A DNA stretch of 64,000 nt from a virus. Its lineage: Duplodnaviria; Caudoviricetes. The stretch lies in the IMG/VR virus record IMGVR_UViG_3300020050_009209; one strand, given 5' to 3'. The position numbers were made by a program, and so were the translations under genes. The notes beneath the pieces are model-generated. The model saw nothing but the letters and a program-made list of their open reading frames with translations, made no database searches and had not been told where the DNA came from. This document shows, one piece after another, positions 30,301 through 37,004 of this stretch (its first letter is position 1; each line of letters opens with the position of its first letter).

Positions 30301-30651
30301 TACTCCACCACAGCGACCCCGAACAACAACACCATTTACCGTAATGCTACACCACTAACTGACTCTGTTGGGCTACAGACACGAGTGGACTTCAAGATCA
30401 AAGTGGTAGCTGATTCATCGCTAGGGCTTGGGGACTCGGGTATACGATTTGGTTTCAACGCGCTAGGATTGACAGCTTCGTTGGCCTTCGTGACTACTCC
30501 ACTTGGGGACCGAGAGGTACGTCTGCTGGACCTAAACACAAATCTTGTCCTTGGGGCGATCCCATTCGACTTTCTAGATGGACTATTTCATGTGTACCGT
30601 CTAGAGAAGAACCCTGTAACGAGTATGCTTGACGTGTCCATCGACCCCTAG
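24352..30651 (+). CDS. Giant tail fibre / adhesin (2099 aa): LamG-like N-domain, 20-aa repeats, Ig-like and ConA-like lectin domains
   Basis: DFDGVNDTL...IRVDG (LamG-like), 12 LDATLAGDA repeats, LLITFNEDM...KDLAGNPI (Ig-like), four H.YR....V.LF.D lectin-like modules. Confidence 0.7.
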   Translation: MAYPHTLAWSGYWSTNYAGSPWVGEATAGASSGRDLTEATNPPATGTARYGHTPADFDGVNDTLSSVNLVEDFMTDWVTVHAVVKVNSAVAPSAFLYDDPCIINVYASAAICISVTTSGVAFQVYTSTGSVQTGYVPLSLGVVHCVQARSDGTNCSIRVDGGAWTSVANVDPIVTAPGVPLLVGKDYYASNFLDADIYTLGVAPSAFSDGTLDSLYAYDRDRYIFLPLDATLAGDASLTASLDLLGGAIAVDATISGDGSVTSSLSLLGALDSGLTGDASVTSSLDLLGALTTALAGDGSVTSSLDLLGALDTALTGDAAVTASLDVLGSGMDATLAGDASVTSSLSLLGALGATLAGDASVAASLDVNLVAALAGDASVASSLSLLGALSSTVSGDASVSSALSVVSPLASALAGGATVTASLVTSGVAVPVDATLAGGATVAASLVLQGSLSATLAGGTTIGLLSLTTISSDFDEYLTIVEDASFLTRSSVAVEDTLTLFEAIRTGLSLFESQSNTTIQVVFPEELRLNGVSDVTNYSVDSYGGGFPINILSVAPIVQTKKSGVQGQVVESAPGVLYSRVFDLYSDTAIPSDIGGYLVLGSESFQITAVAGSQVTVDRPIPIYGLNGNYVPGSGFTSGTGQLVWSITTGVLGATLTVTEGTDGASYLGRVTHLQRAVSGQIYSSPSSFSFQAIGLKPRVSSVQLSTEGTLLITFNEDMRIDAALLDVAEYSITGPTRVQIESVSMISSRSIALLTSGFGAGSYNLTVNATGTPKDLAGNPIDPIFNLAAFSGSVPVTSKSIFTDKGPIVRPALTLQSGVNGTIQTFTTTTFGASKVFTSNEVVLPGGVFTSSHVGLQLELGNSTVNGGTYKVLGVVAANRLKLQANLRLPDSNNGSLSWKLVNPRTGEIADDPSDVSVRVNGVAVTPLAVVGLLGQVVLPSVPASTDTVKIDYSWISEPTVEFRRLNSKEFRLNACGNNVGTASGTQHSYRYRNTTVQPAKFVPTITTASLVQPLFRELHYRAFERAYSVALNDPNLLTLNCPTHKIAYAPLSREIVQTTVNYSADTLPEADSDPWVRKGSGTATVTAGSLVIQDTTEGGFPSGNPLFWVKDVDLTYPHVFAATWRMQVNSFTSNGVFTGVGIGWSGGRTAIVLGYIYDGGTRKLGFLKRGFGNDPSGITAWFGGVTTNLPVNFDWSTNHSYRLFRSRDGVVQLFVDGEVIPSLQVAEADLPFLEELNDPFVQLQGVFFGSLSREAKNSSSWDFVRYLSQPTNPSQTAPSIFAGYEGDLLPEVTATPWTPVGYHGNETLLATGSLLLDSTSATTQSTSTSVGLIGGDFKGFTRIEPLLSVSSNVVLDVNVQLRTLTHGITPNALMAALDDGNRLIQLCLFPYQSQPKVSYPGRSLPQEASPPWAALGTATGSMVGRTLRVTDTLTTGGLVYFREDLEAVSSPSRIIEASIDSTAEFKVKVVSFTPDGTSIGFCGATVDIFDGTRAVGLMLRQTTLGVFQVAFHSDGSLLGVGSQFLFNWNDGLSHIYRVVKSATGNLVSLFIDNNLIGSFPYTSFNVGLGNPTMSFGSATGSSVSSTSVVDWVYVNIWRGQSATPTRYAGIWKGSDSDSLTGYHLPLKLESKSGIVAGNTLTDTTVDFVAASVSVGNHLVIDIGPDKGTYTVASVGTNTLTFVESFAQVTEMVGYRIPLQVDWTLAHKYRIVRDPDGFVAVLLDATTTPLIRVDYSSVTLPPSSVGVPYIINRGLPSVSWGCFDPTNLSQSAWDYVRYGITSSPTETRIAPHHQVLNQRNVMASPEHLTTTVAHGHTQYSSSSTGIPHPWKDFTDNALNIAFTRLNEGTPLMPSTQTYEVRRPTPVFEFVSGLNRPEDVLNSDPDFVLNDASQRSRLIVPNDVLYDGLQITEETTGEAEHLYPYSDGNITALGKLNWTKEVCGTYLADVLPELDPNFGTTWVLQSDNPGATTTTVSSGVLTYSTTATPNNNTIYRNATPLTDSVGLQTRVDFKIKVVADSSLGLGDSGIRFGFNALGLTASLAFVTTPLGDREVRLLDLNTNLVLGAIPFDFLDGLFHVYRLEKNPVTSMLDVSIDP
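25033..25755 (+). repeat. Intragenic ~60-bp (20-aa) tandem repeat, 12 copies
   Basis: agtctt recurs at 25141, 25201, 25261, 25321; consensus LDATLAGDASVTSSLDLLGA. Confidence 0.9.
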
Positions 30652-30662
30652 TGGGATAAAGA

Positions 30663-30696
30663 ACTTCTACGGAAGTCCAAGGGAGCGGTAGCTCCC
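30663..30696 (+). promoter_or_regulatory. Two tandem intergenic hairpins (ACTTC-TACG-GAAGT; GGGAGC-GGTA-GCTCCC)
   Basis: Perfect 5-bp and 6-bp stems. The first has a C(UACG)G UNCG-type tetraloop. No U-tail follows. Confidence 0.5.
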
Positions 30697-30711
30697 AAGA
30701 GGGTACTTAAC

Positions 30712-31875
30712 ATGGGTGTCGCGACATGCCAATTTACGCAAGGTGCAGTTGTAGGAGGTAGCGGTCAATCCGTTTTTGGATTCACTACCAATGCCGTTGC
30801 GACCATGACCGATAATGGTGGGGCTGGAGCTTCTTCCTACCTGTGGGAAATCATTTCTTGGCCTAGTCCACTTGCGTCGGCTCCTGCAATCACGAACTCT
30901 ACAACGCAAGTTGCAACGGTTACGCCCACTTTAGATGGGGTGTACATCGTGAAACTCACCAGAGTAGAGGCTGCGGTTACGACCACGGACATCAAGTTCT
31001 TTGGTGTCTCAGATGAGGACACCCTTACGCTTCCTTCGGTGGGTCAGACTGGGAACATGACCAACCAGTCTGTAAACGCTCAGAGAGCTGGTTGGGCCGG
31101 TCGTCAGAACGCTACCACGAATTTCCAGCTGGATGCATACCTTCGGTTCCTAAAAGCTCGCGTAGGCCGATACACAGGGCACACTCTCGTTGTAAGTCAC
31201 TCGTCTGGCGCCCCTGTAGTCCTAGCTATTGTTGAAGGGGTAAGCAAGCCTCTAAGGTTTGTTACGATGACAGGGGCTGGCACCTATACCGAGGAGCTTA
31301 CAGCCTCAGCCAACGATGGCATGCGGGTCCGGTATCGAGTCGTGATGACAGCAGGGGCAGGTAACTTCATTCTTAAGAATGGAGTTGCAGGATCGACGAT
31401 CCTAACCCTGACCGCCCCCCCAACGGCTACTTTCACGTATGAGGTGGAAGCGGTCAATGATGGTACGAACTGGTCGATTACTAGGACTGGTACGGTAGAC
31501 CCTAAGGCTGTCACCAAGGCTTACGTAGCAGAACTGGTATCCGGTACTCGCTCGACGGACCAGGTGACATTCACTCGAATTGGGGCAGTAACCATCGACC
31601 CTTCCAAGTTCCCAACCTCTGAGATTAGGTTTCAGGCAGAGGTTGAGGCGACAACTGGAAAAACGGTTTCGATTCAACTGTACAACACTACAGACGGGTC
31701 TTTTGTTGGCTCTCCACTGACCTCTACCTCGCTTACCCCAGCAGTCGTTGAGGCCGTCATTACGTTGCCAGCTTCGCTGAAGACGTACGAAGCTTTGATA
31801 CGAATGACGACTCCTGGGGATGCGTCAGATCGAGTAACTTGCACAAATGCTCGCATTGTATTGACTTGGGGCTAA
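30712..31875 (+). CDS. Virion structural protein with PKD/Ig-like N-terminal domain
   Basis: SYLWEIISWP...ATVTPTLDGVYIVKLT is PKD-like; Thr-rich beta protein in the tail module. Confidence 0.6.
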   Translation: MGVATCQFTQGAVVGGSGQSVFGFTTNAVATMTDNGGAGASSYLWEIISWPSPLASAPAITNSTTQVATVTPTLDGVYIVKLTRVEAAVTTTDIKFFGVSDEDTLTLPSVGQTGNMTNQSVNAQRAGWAGRQNATTNFQLDAYLRFLKARVGRYTGHTLVVSHSSGAPVVLAIVEGVSKPLRFVTMTGAGTYTEELTASANDGMRVRYRVVMTAGAGNFILKNGVAGSTILTLTAPPTATFTYEVEAVNDGTNWSITRTGTVDPKAVTKAYVAELVSGTRSTDQVTFTRIGAVTIDPSKFPTSEIRFQAEVEATTGKTVSIQLYNTTDGSFVGSPLTSTSLTPAVVEAVITLPASLKTYEALIRMTTPGDASDRVTCTNARIVLTWG

Positions 31876-31902
31876 CCCCTACCACAAGGACTGGACTTAC
31901 GA

Positions 31903-32883
31903 ATGGCTCTCCCAACTAAAGCAAAGACCTGGCAGTACAACGTTAATCAGGCGGTTGCACTACAAGGGTCAACTATCGCTACTTCGCAACGGCTTTGGCG
32001 GACAATCAAGAACTCCTTGGTTGGGTTCGCCACGTTACCTTGGACAGTTCGAGGGTCTAGTGACTCCGTGGCAGCGGGTATGGATGCCGTTGACCGATGG
32101 GCTGCGGATGCAAACTTGGTAAATGATACCGCAGGTAACGTACACTCCTGGATTGTACTTCGACAGACTGGAATTGCTACAAATTTCGAGATCTGCCTTG
32201 ACCTCAACTCAAATGGTGGATCTGGGAACTTTGACTTCGTAGTGTCCCCTGGATCTGGGTTTACGGGAGGATCTACAACTGCAAGACCTACCGCAACAGA
32301 TGAAGTGCTAACCCAAGCAAACTCAGCCTATGCGTGGTCGAACTTGGATGCAAATCATGTTGTCCATGTAATGCAATCTACGGATGGGCAGTGTACCAGA
32401 GTTGCAGTTTGGAGAGCCTCAACGAACTTGTGTACCTTCTGGATTCTAGATAAGCCCGCCAACCCAGTGACAGGTTGGACAAAGCCCAGCCTATTTGGAA
32501 CGGTAGGAGTTAGCTCAGGGGTTGTGAACACTGCTGGGCTATTCGGAGACTTTGCGAATACGACCCTCAAGGGGTATGGCTCAGCGGCTATGGTGCTGGC
32601 AATGACAGGAGAGGGGTCTCAAGCTACGTCTGGACTCCTATCGAATCTTACTGGAATTGGAACCACTGCGAATAGTTTTGATGGTACTTGGCCCCTGTTC
32701 CCAATAGGTATTGGGTCGATTACTGTAGCAATGCAGGGTAGGCACGGTACGGTGTTCGACCTGTGGTGGAGACCAACCTCTCTAGGGCAGATTGATACTT
32801 TCCCCAATGACACCTCTCGTCAGTTTGTCGTGATGGGGGACTTTGTGCTCCCATGGGATGGGTCTGTACCTGTAATCACTTGA
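31903..32883 (+). CDS. Hypothetical virion/tail structural protein
   Basis: 326-aa Trp/Gly/Thr-rich ORF in the tail operon. Confidence 0.6.
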   Translation: MALPTKAKTWQYNVNQAVALQGSTIATSQRLWRTIKNSLVGFATLPWTVRGSSDSVAAGMDAVDRWAADANLVNDTAGNVHSWIVLRQTGIATNFEICLDLNSNGGSGNFDFVVSPGSGFTGGSTTARPTATDEVLTQANSAYAWSNLDANHVVHVMQSTDGQCTRVAVWRASTNLCTFWILDKPANPVTGWTKPSLFGTVGVSSGVVNTAGLFGDFANTTLKGYGSAAMVLAMTGEGSQATSGLLSNLTGIGTTANSFDGTWPLFPIGIGSITVAMQGRHGTVFDLWWRPTSLGQIDTFPNDTSRQFVVMGDFVLPWDGSVPVIT

Positions 32884-32889
32884 GGTCAC

Positions 32890-33165
32890 ATGGCAACTGT
32901 AGACGGAAATAGTATGACAGTGGTGGTGCTAGACGTATTACCTAGTACGAATCAAGCTCACTTCTCTACAAAGTCGGGTAACCTAAGGTCTTTTACGGTT
33001 ACTTACTACAAAATGCGTGCGAGAGACGTAGATTGCGGCTCCCTTACGTATCGTACTTGGGTGGTGTCCGGTTTTCCTGACCCTACGGGAGCATTGTATG
33101 CTGGAGCCCGATGTGGGGCAACAGCCCTAGCCGATGTGATTATCGCAGAAACTTGGCAGGTGTAA
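32890..33165 (+). CDS. Small hypothetical protein
   Basis: 91 aa; GAGGT SD overlapping the upstream stop. Confidence 0.6.
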   Translation: MATVDGNSMTVVVLDVLPSTNQAHFSTKSGNLRSFTVTYYKMRARDVDCGSLTYRTWVVSGFPDPTGALYAGARCGATALADVIIAETWQV

Positions 33166-35475
33166 GTGTCCTTCGGGGTTAGCCCATACGGTACAACACC
33201 CTTTGGTGGAACTTCCTTGGTCTCAGGGGGGGTTTCCCTTGTTTCGTCCACTCCAGCTTCAGGTGCTACGGGGGTCTCTTCAAGTGCAAACGTAACCTTT
33301 CAGGTTAACGCTCCAGCTGAGTTTGATGAGCTAACGCTATCCGTCAAATTCAACACGGTTGAGGTGATACGTAACGGAGAGTTCTTAGCTGGCTACAGCG
33401 GGACGATAGCGTTTGCAGGCCCAGACTTAGATGTAAGTGTAACCACCCACCCGGCCTTCTCCTTTGGGGCCGTGACCGTGGATATCACGGCTTACGACCT
33501 TGCAGGCACGCTAGGTTCGATTAGCTACAGCTTTACTATAGGACTAGCTCTGGATGCAGCCCTCAGTGGGGATGCCACCCTCGTAGGTAGTGTCGATACC
33601 ATTCAAGCTCTGGATGCGGCTCTCAGTGGTAGCGCCACCCTCGTAGGGAGCGTAGACGGTATCCAACCCCTAGATGCGGCTCTCAGTGGGGATGCTACTC
33701 TTGTTGGGGATGCCTACATTATTCAGCCACTTGCTGCCACCCTCAGTGGCAGTGCTACGCTTACAGGGGAACTAAGTGGCTCACTCTTTCAAGTTGTATC
33801 CGCCCAATCCCTCAATTCCGTTACCCTTGTAGTTATTTTCTCCAACCCACCAGACTTTACAGTAGCAAGCGTAGTCAACCCTGCGAACTACACCTTCAAT
33901 GGTGGTTTGACGGCAGTTCGAGTTTTGCCAGATGCTAACCCTAACGCAGTTAGGTTGCTCACGGTAGAGCAAGACTACAAGTTGTATGTGGTCACTGTTG
34001 GAGGTACCGTTACTGCGGTAGGTGGGGCTACCGTAGACCCGCTAGCTAACTCTGGTACGTTTACAGGGTATCCTCTGACCCCAAAGTTCCTTGCGAGAGT
34101 GCAAGGACCTACAACGGTCAATGTCCTGTTCGCCCAACCTATGTTGGTCGATGCCGCACTAACGAATACCGCTAACTACACAATCCAGTCCTACTCTGGC
34201 GTAGCGATTCCAGTCCTTTCGGCTGTTGCCAATACTGGATCAAACGCGACTAGCGTAAGTCTGCGGGTAGGGGCGTTCCCTGCTGGAGTACCTCAGGTCC
34301 TCACGGTATCCTCGAATGTAAAAGCGGCAGATGGGCGTATTACCCAACCCAACTCTGCGAACCTTACGTGGGGGAAGATTCAGAACAAGACCTCCATCTC
34401 CCTTTCGAGCTTTACTGGGGAGGTAAGGGCGAGGAAGTTCTCCCCACTGGGGCTGAGCGAGACCTTACAACTGGAGAGTTCTCTCTCCGTTGTCCTAGCT
34501 CCTCTAAGGGAGGGTCCGGTAGAGGTAGAGGCTCTTTACGACTTTATTGACCTAGCAGAGGCCGTGACTGTAACCGGGTCTGGAGACCCTACCACAAGTC
34601 ACTCTATCTCAAATACGGACACGCTCCGAACCCATCTCTACGCCTCAGTTGCGGCTCAGCCAGATCTTCGTAACACGAGCGAAGTAAGCCTGGTAGATGA
34701 GTTGTTCTTCCAAGAGGGGTTGACGATTCTTCCGGACCTTGCTCAGGGTTTGGACCCTGCAATCTCGGATCTGTTCGGAAATCCAAATGGTCTTGTGTTC
34801 TTCTCTCCCTCTCTCAAGACCGGGGGGGCTCCTAGTTCCTCGCTAGCGGTAGATGAGGTGAAGGCCTGTACTCAGTCCTTTGATACGTACGAGTTCCCCA
34901 AGATTCTAGACCCCAACCCGTTCTACACGCATGGGGGAGGGATCAAGCCAACTCCAATCGCGACCCTCAACAACTCCGTATTCTATGCGGATTTCTACCG
35001 TCTAAAGGAAGCGAAGTACGGAGTACAGGACAAAAGGCTAGATACCGTACCAACTGTAGTCGACCTTACCGCTAGCTTCACGTTTACGGAAGTCACTTAC
35101 CCTCCAACGCGAGTAGCTCTACTGAACAACCCTGCTTGGGTGGTATTCAATAATGGGGTGGCGCCTCCCTACCCATTCATAACTACGGACAACTTGAGCC
35201 CTATCCCAGTAGGAGCTGTAACTTACCGTAGGCAGTACGCAAATCCGGCAGAGGTTCTATCGCTTGTTGAAGATGGTCTTCAGACCCTAACCGCAACGAG
35301 TGTGGCAGTTAGTGATACGCTCGCACTGTCTGAGGACTTCGACCTCACCCCTGGGGAGACCGTGGTTCAGGTTAACCTCGATGAGTCTCTATTAATAGTG
35401 GAGGACGTTACGACGCAACTTGGGGTGAACTTCTTTGAGGTTCTGGAGCTGGTTGAAGGAGTCACGATCCTTTGA
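33166..35475 (+). CDS. Tail fibre-associated protein with Ig-like domains and 20-aa repeats
   Basis: FGVSPYGTTPFGG start, SSTPASGATGV Ig-like domain, 4 LDAALSGDATLVG repeats, two V.F......L..ANY Ig-like domains; shares modules with 24352..30651. Confidence 0.7.
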   Translation: MSFGVSPYGTTPFGGTSLVSGGVSLVSSTPASGATGVSSSANVTFQVNAPAEFDELTLSVKFNTVEVIRNGEFLAGYSGTIAFAGPDLDVSVTTHPAFSFGAVTVDITAYDLAGTLGSISYSFTIGLALDAALSGDATLVGSVDTIQALDAALSGSATLVGSVDGIQPLDAALSGDATLVGDAYIIQPLAATLSGSATLTGELSGSLFQVVSAQSLNSVTLVVIFSNPPDFTVASVVNPANYTFNGGLTAVRVLPDANPNAVRLLTVEQDYKLYVVTVGGTVTAVGGATVDPLANSGTFTGYPLTPKFLARVQGPTTVNVLFAQPMLVDAALTNTANYTIQSYSGVAIPVLSAVANTGSNATSVSLRVGAFPAGVPQVLTVSSNVKAADGRITQPNSANLTWGKIQNKTSISLSSFTGEVRARKFSPLGLSETLQLESSLSVVLAPLREGPVEVEALYDFIDLAEAVTVTGSGDPTTSHSISNTDTLRTHLYASVAAQPDLRNTSEVSLVDELFFQEGLTILPDLAQGLDPAISDLFGNPNGLVFFSPSLKTGGAPSSSLAVDEVKACTQSFDTYEFPKILDPNPFYTHGGGIKPTPIATLNNSVFYADFYRLKEAKYGVQDKRLDTVPTVVDLTASFTFTEVTYPPTRVALLNNPAWVVFNNGVAPPYPFITTDNLSPIPVGAVTYRRQYANPAEVLSLVEDGLQTLTATSVAVSDTLALSEDFDLTPGETVVQVNLDESLLIVEDVTTQLGVNFFEVLELVEGVTIL
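33550..33785 (+). repeat. Intragenic 60-bp (20-aa) tandem repeat, 4 copies
   Basis: ctcagtgg recurs with 60-bp period; unit LDAALSGDATLVGSVDTIQA. Confidence 0.9.
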
Positions 35476-35476
35476 T

Positions 35477-35499
35477 AACTTCTACCTCCATTGAAGTCC
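35477..35499 (+). promoter_or_regulatory. Intergenic hairpin ACTTC-tacctccatt-GAAGT related to the 30663 hairpin
   Basis: Shares AACTTCTAC...GAAGTCC with 30662-30678. Confidence 0.4.
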
Positions 35500-35516
35500 T
35501 AGGCTGAGGAGATGAC

Positions 35517-36158
35517 ATGAAGGTAAATGAAGCTCTTAACCAGTTGGCAAGCCGCTTTTTTGGTGCTCTTCGTCCAAAGTATGAGGAGAATGCCAGATTA
35601 GGTATCCGAGGGGATGTCTTTATCTCCTTGAGAGACGGGGCAAGTGGTGAACTTCAAGACTACCGGGAACGTCGTAATCTTATCGTAAAAGATGCCTCGA
35701 TCCTCGTCGCCCGTCTGATGAAAGACAGTGCCGAGCCGCCAAAGGGTATCTTTACGTTAGCGGTAGGTACTGGAGATACGGGGTGGAACCCTCTGGCTCC
35801 TCCTGCTCCTACGAACACTCAGAGGGCCCTCTACTCAGAGCTGACCCGCAAGACGTTTTCGCAGACCCGCTTCATTGACGCGGCTGGAATCCCGACTGCT
35901 ACCCCAACAAATGTTGTGGACTTCACAGCAATCTTCACGGAGGCTGAAGCTGTAGGTCCCCTTGTTGAGATGGGTTTGATTGGTGGCAATATCTCCACCA
36001 ACCTCTCGGTTCGCAACCCAGTACTTCCTCCGAATGGGCCTTACAACCCAGCCGTGGACTTGACGACCAAAGAGACTTTGGTGAATTTCCTTACTTTTCC
36101 TATAATTTCTAAACCAGCTACCTCAACTCTTGAGATAACGTGGAGATTGAGTTTTTGA
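35517..36158 (+). CDS. Tail-fibre attachment / collar-like protein, paralog of 22932..23465
   Basis: RNLIVKDAS...LAVGTGD...ALYSELTRK...LVEMGLIGG...TLEITWRLSF; GAGGAG SD. Confidence 0.7.
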   Translation: MKVNEALNQLASRFFGALRPKYEENARLGIRGDVFISLRDGASGELQDYRERRNLIVKDASILVARLMKDSAEPPKGIFTLAVGTGDTGWNPLAPPAPTNTQRALYSELTRKTFSQTRFIDAAGIPTATPTNVVDFTAIFTEAEAVGPLVEMGLIGGNISTNLSVRNPVLPPNGPYNPAVDLTTKETLVNFLTFPIISKPATSTLEITWRLSF

Positions 36159-36170
36159 GTGGGTTAAGAT

Positions 36171-37004
36171 ATGAAGACCTGCACTAAATGCAAGACTCTC
36201 AAATCTCTTGATGAGTTTGTCCTGGACAAACGGCGTGCCGATGGGCGTGGCTCATGGTGTTTGGGTTGTTCCAGGACGTACTCCAAGGCCCTATACCAGC
36301 GTTCAGATCAGAAGGCAGCTAAGCAGCAATACTACATCGAAAACAAGACTGAGCTTAACGCCCAGTCACGTCAGCGTTGGGTCAAGAATAAAGTTCGATA
36401 TAAGGTCGCCGCTGACAAGTGGTCTGAGGCAAACCGAGACTCTATGCTTTCTTACTATCGCCTTCGGGGAAGCGAACATAGAGCGGCTTTAGGGGTTTTG
36501 AAGGAAGGCAAGCCGTGTCTTGATTGTGGGGGGCTATTTCCTCCGTTCTGCATGGAGTATGATCATGTTCGAGGAGAGAAACGTTTTGCCCTAGGTAAGA
36601 TGGCAAACCACCGTCTAGAGGCCGTGCTTGACGAGATCGCCAAGTGTGAGTTGGTGTGTTGTGCCTGTCATCGAGTGCGAACTAACATTCGCAAAGGACC
36701 TTCGAGTATCCCTAAAGTCCAAGAGTTCAGAACTTGGCTCAATGAGTTGAAGTCAGCCCCATGTTTGGATTGCGGTAAGACTTTTCATTCTGTAGCGATG
36801 GACTTCGATCATGTGCGGGACGTTAAGGTATTGGAAATATCTCAAATGTGGTCTTGGGGGCGTGATCGTGTACTGGCGGAGATTGACAAGTGTGAGTTGG
36901 TTTGTGCTAACTGCCATCGAGTTCGGACGCAGTCTCGTCGGGTAGGGGGTAAAGTAAACTCTACTGAGCCCGTAAATAATCGTTCAATGGTGGAGACTCA
37001 GTAA
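36171..37004 (+). CDS. HNH endonuclease with N-terminal Zn finger and two tandem HNH domains
   Basis: KTCTKCK...WCLGC, then twice PCLDCG...(EY/DF)DHVR..K...EI.KCELVC..CHRVRT. Confidence 0.85.
   Translation: MKTCTKCKTLKSLDEFVLDKRRADGRGSWCLGCSRTYSKALYQRSDQKAAKQQYYIENKTELNAQSRQRWVKNKVRYKVAADKWSEANRDSMLSYYRLRGSEHRAALGVLKEGKPCLDCGGLFPPFCMEYDHVRGEKRFALGKMANHRLEAVLDEIAKCELVCCACHRVRTNIRKGPSSIPKVQEFRTWLNELKSAPCLDCGKTFHSVAMDFDHVRDVKVLEISQMWSWGRDRVLAEIDKCELVCANCHRVRTQSRRVGGKVNSTEPVNNRSMVETQ
36971..36997 (+). repeat. 27-bp dispersed repeat copy 2
   Basis: cgtaaataatcgttcaatggtggagac is 25/27 identical to 6774-6800 and supplies the GGTGGAG SD of gene 37004. Confidence 0.8.
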
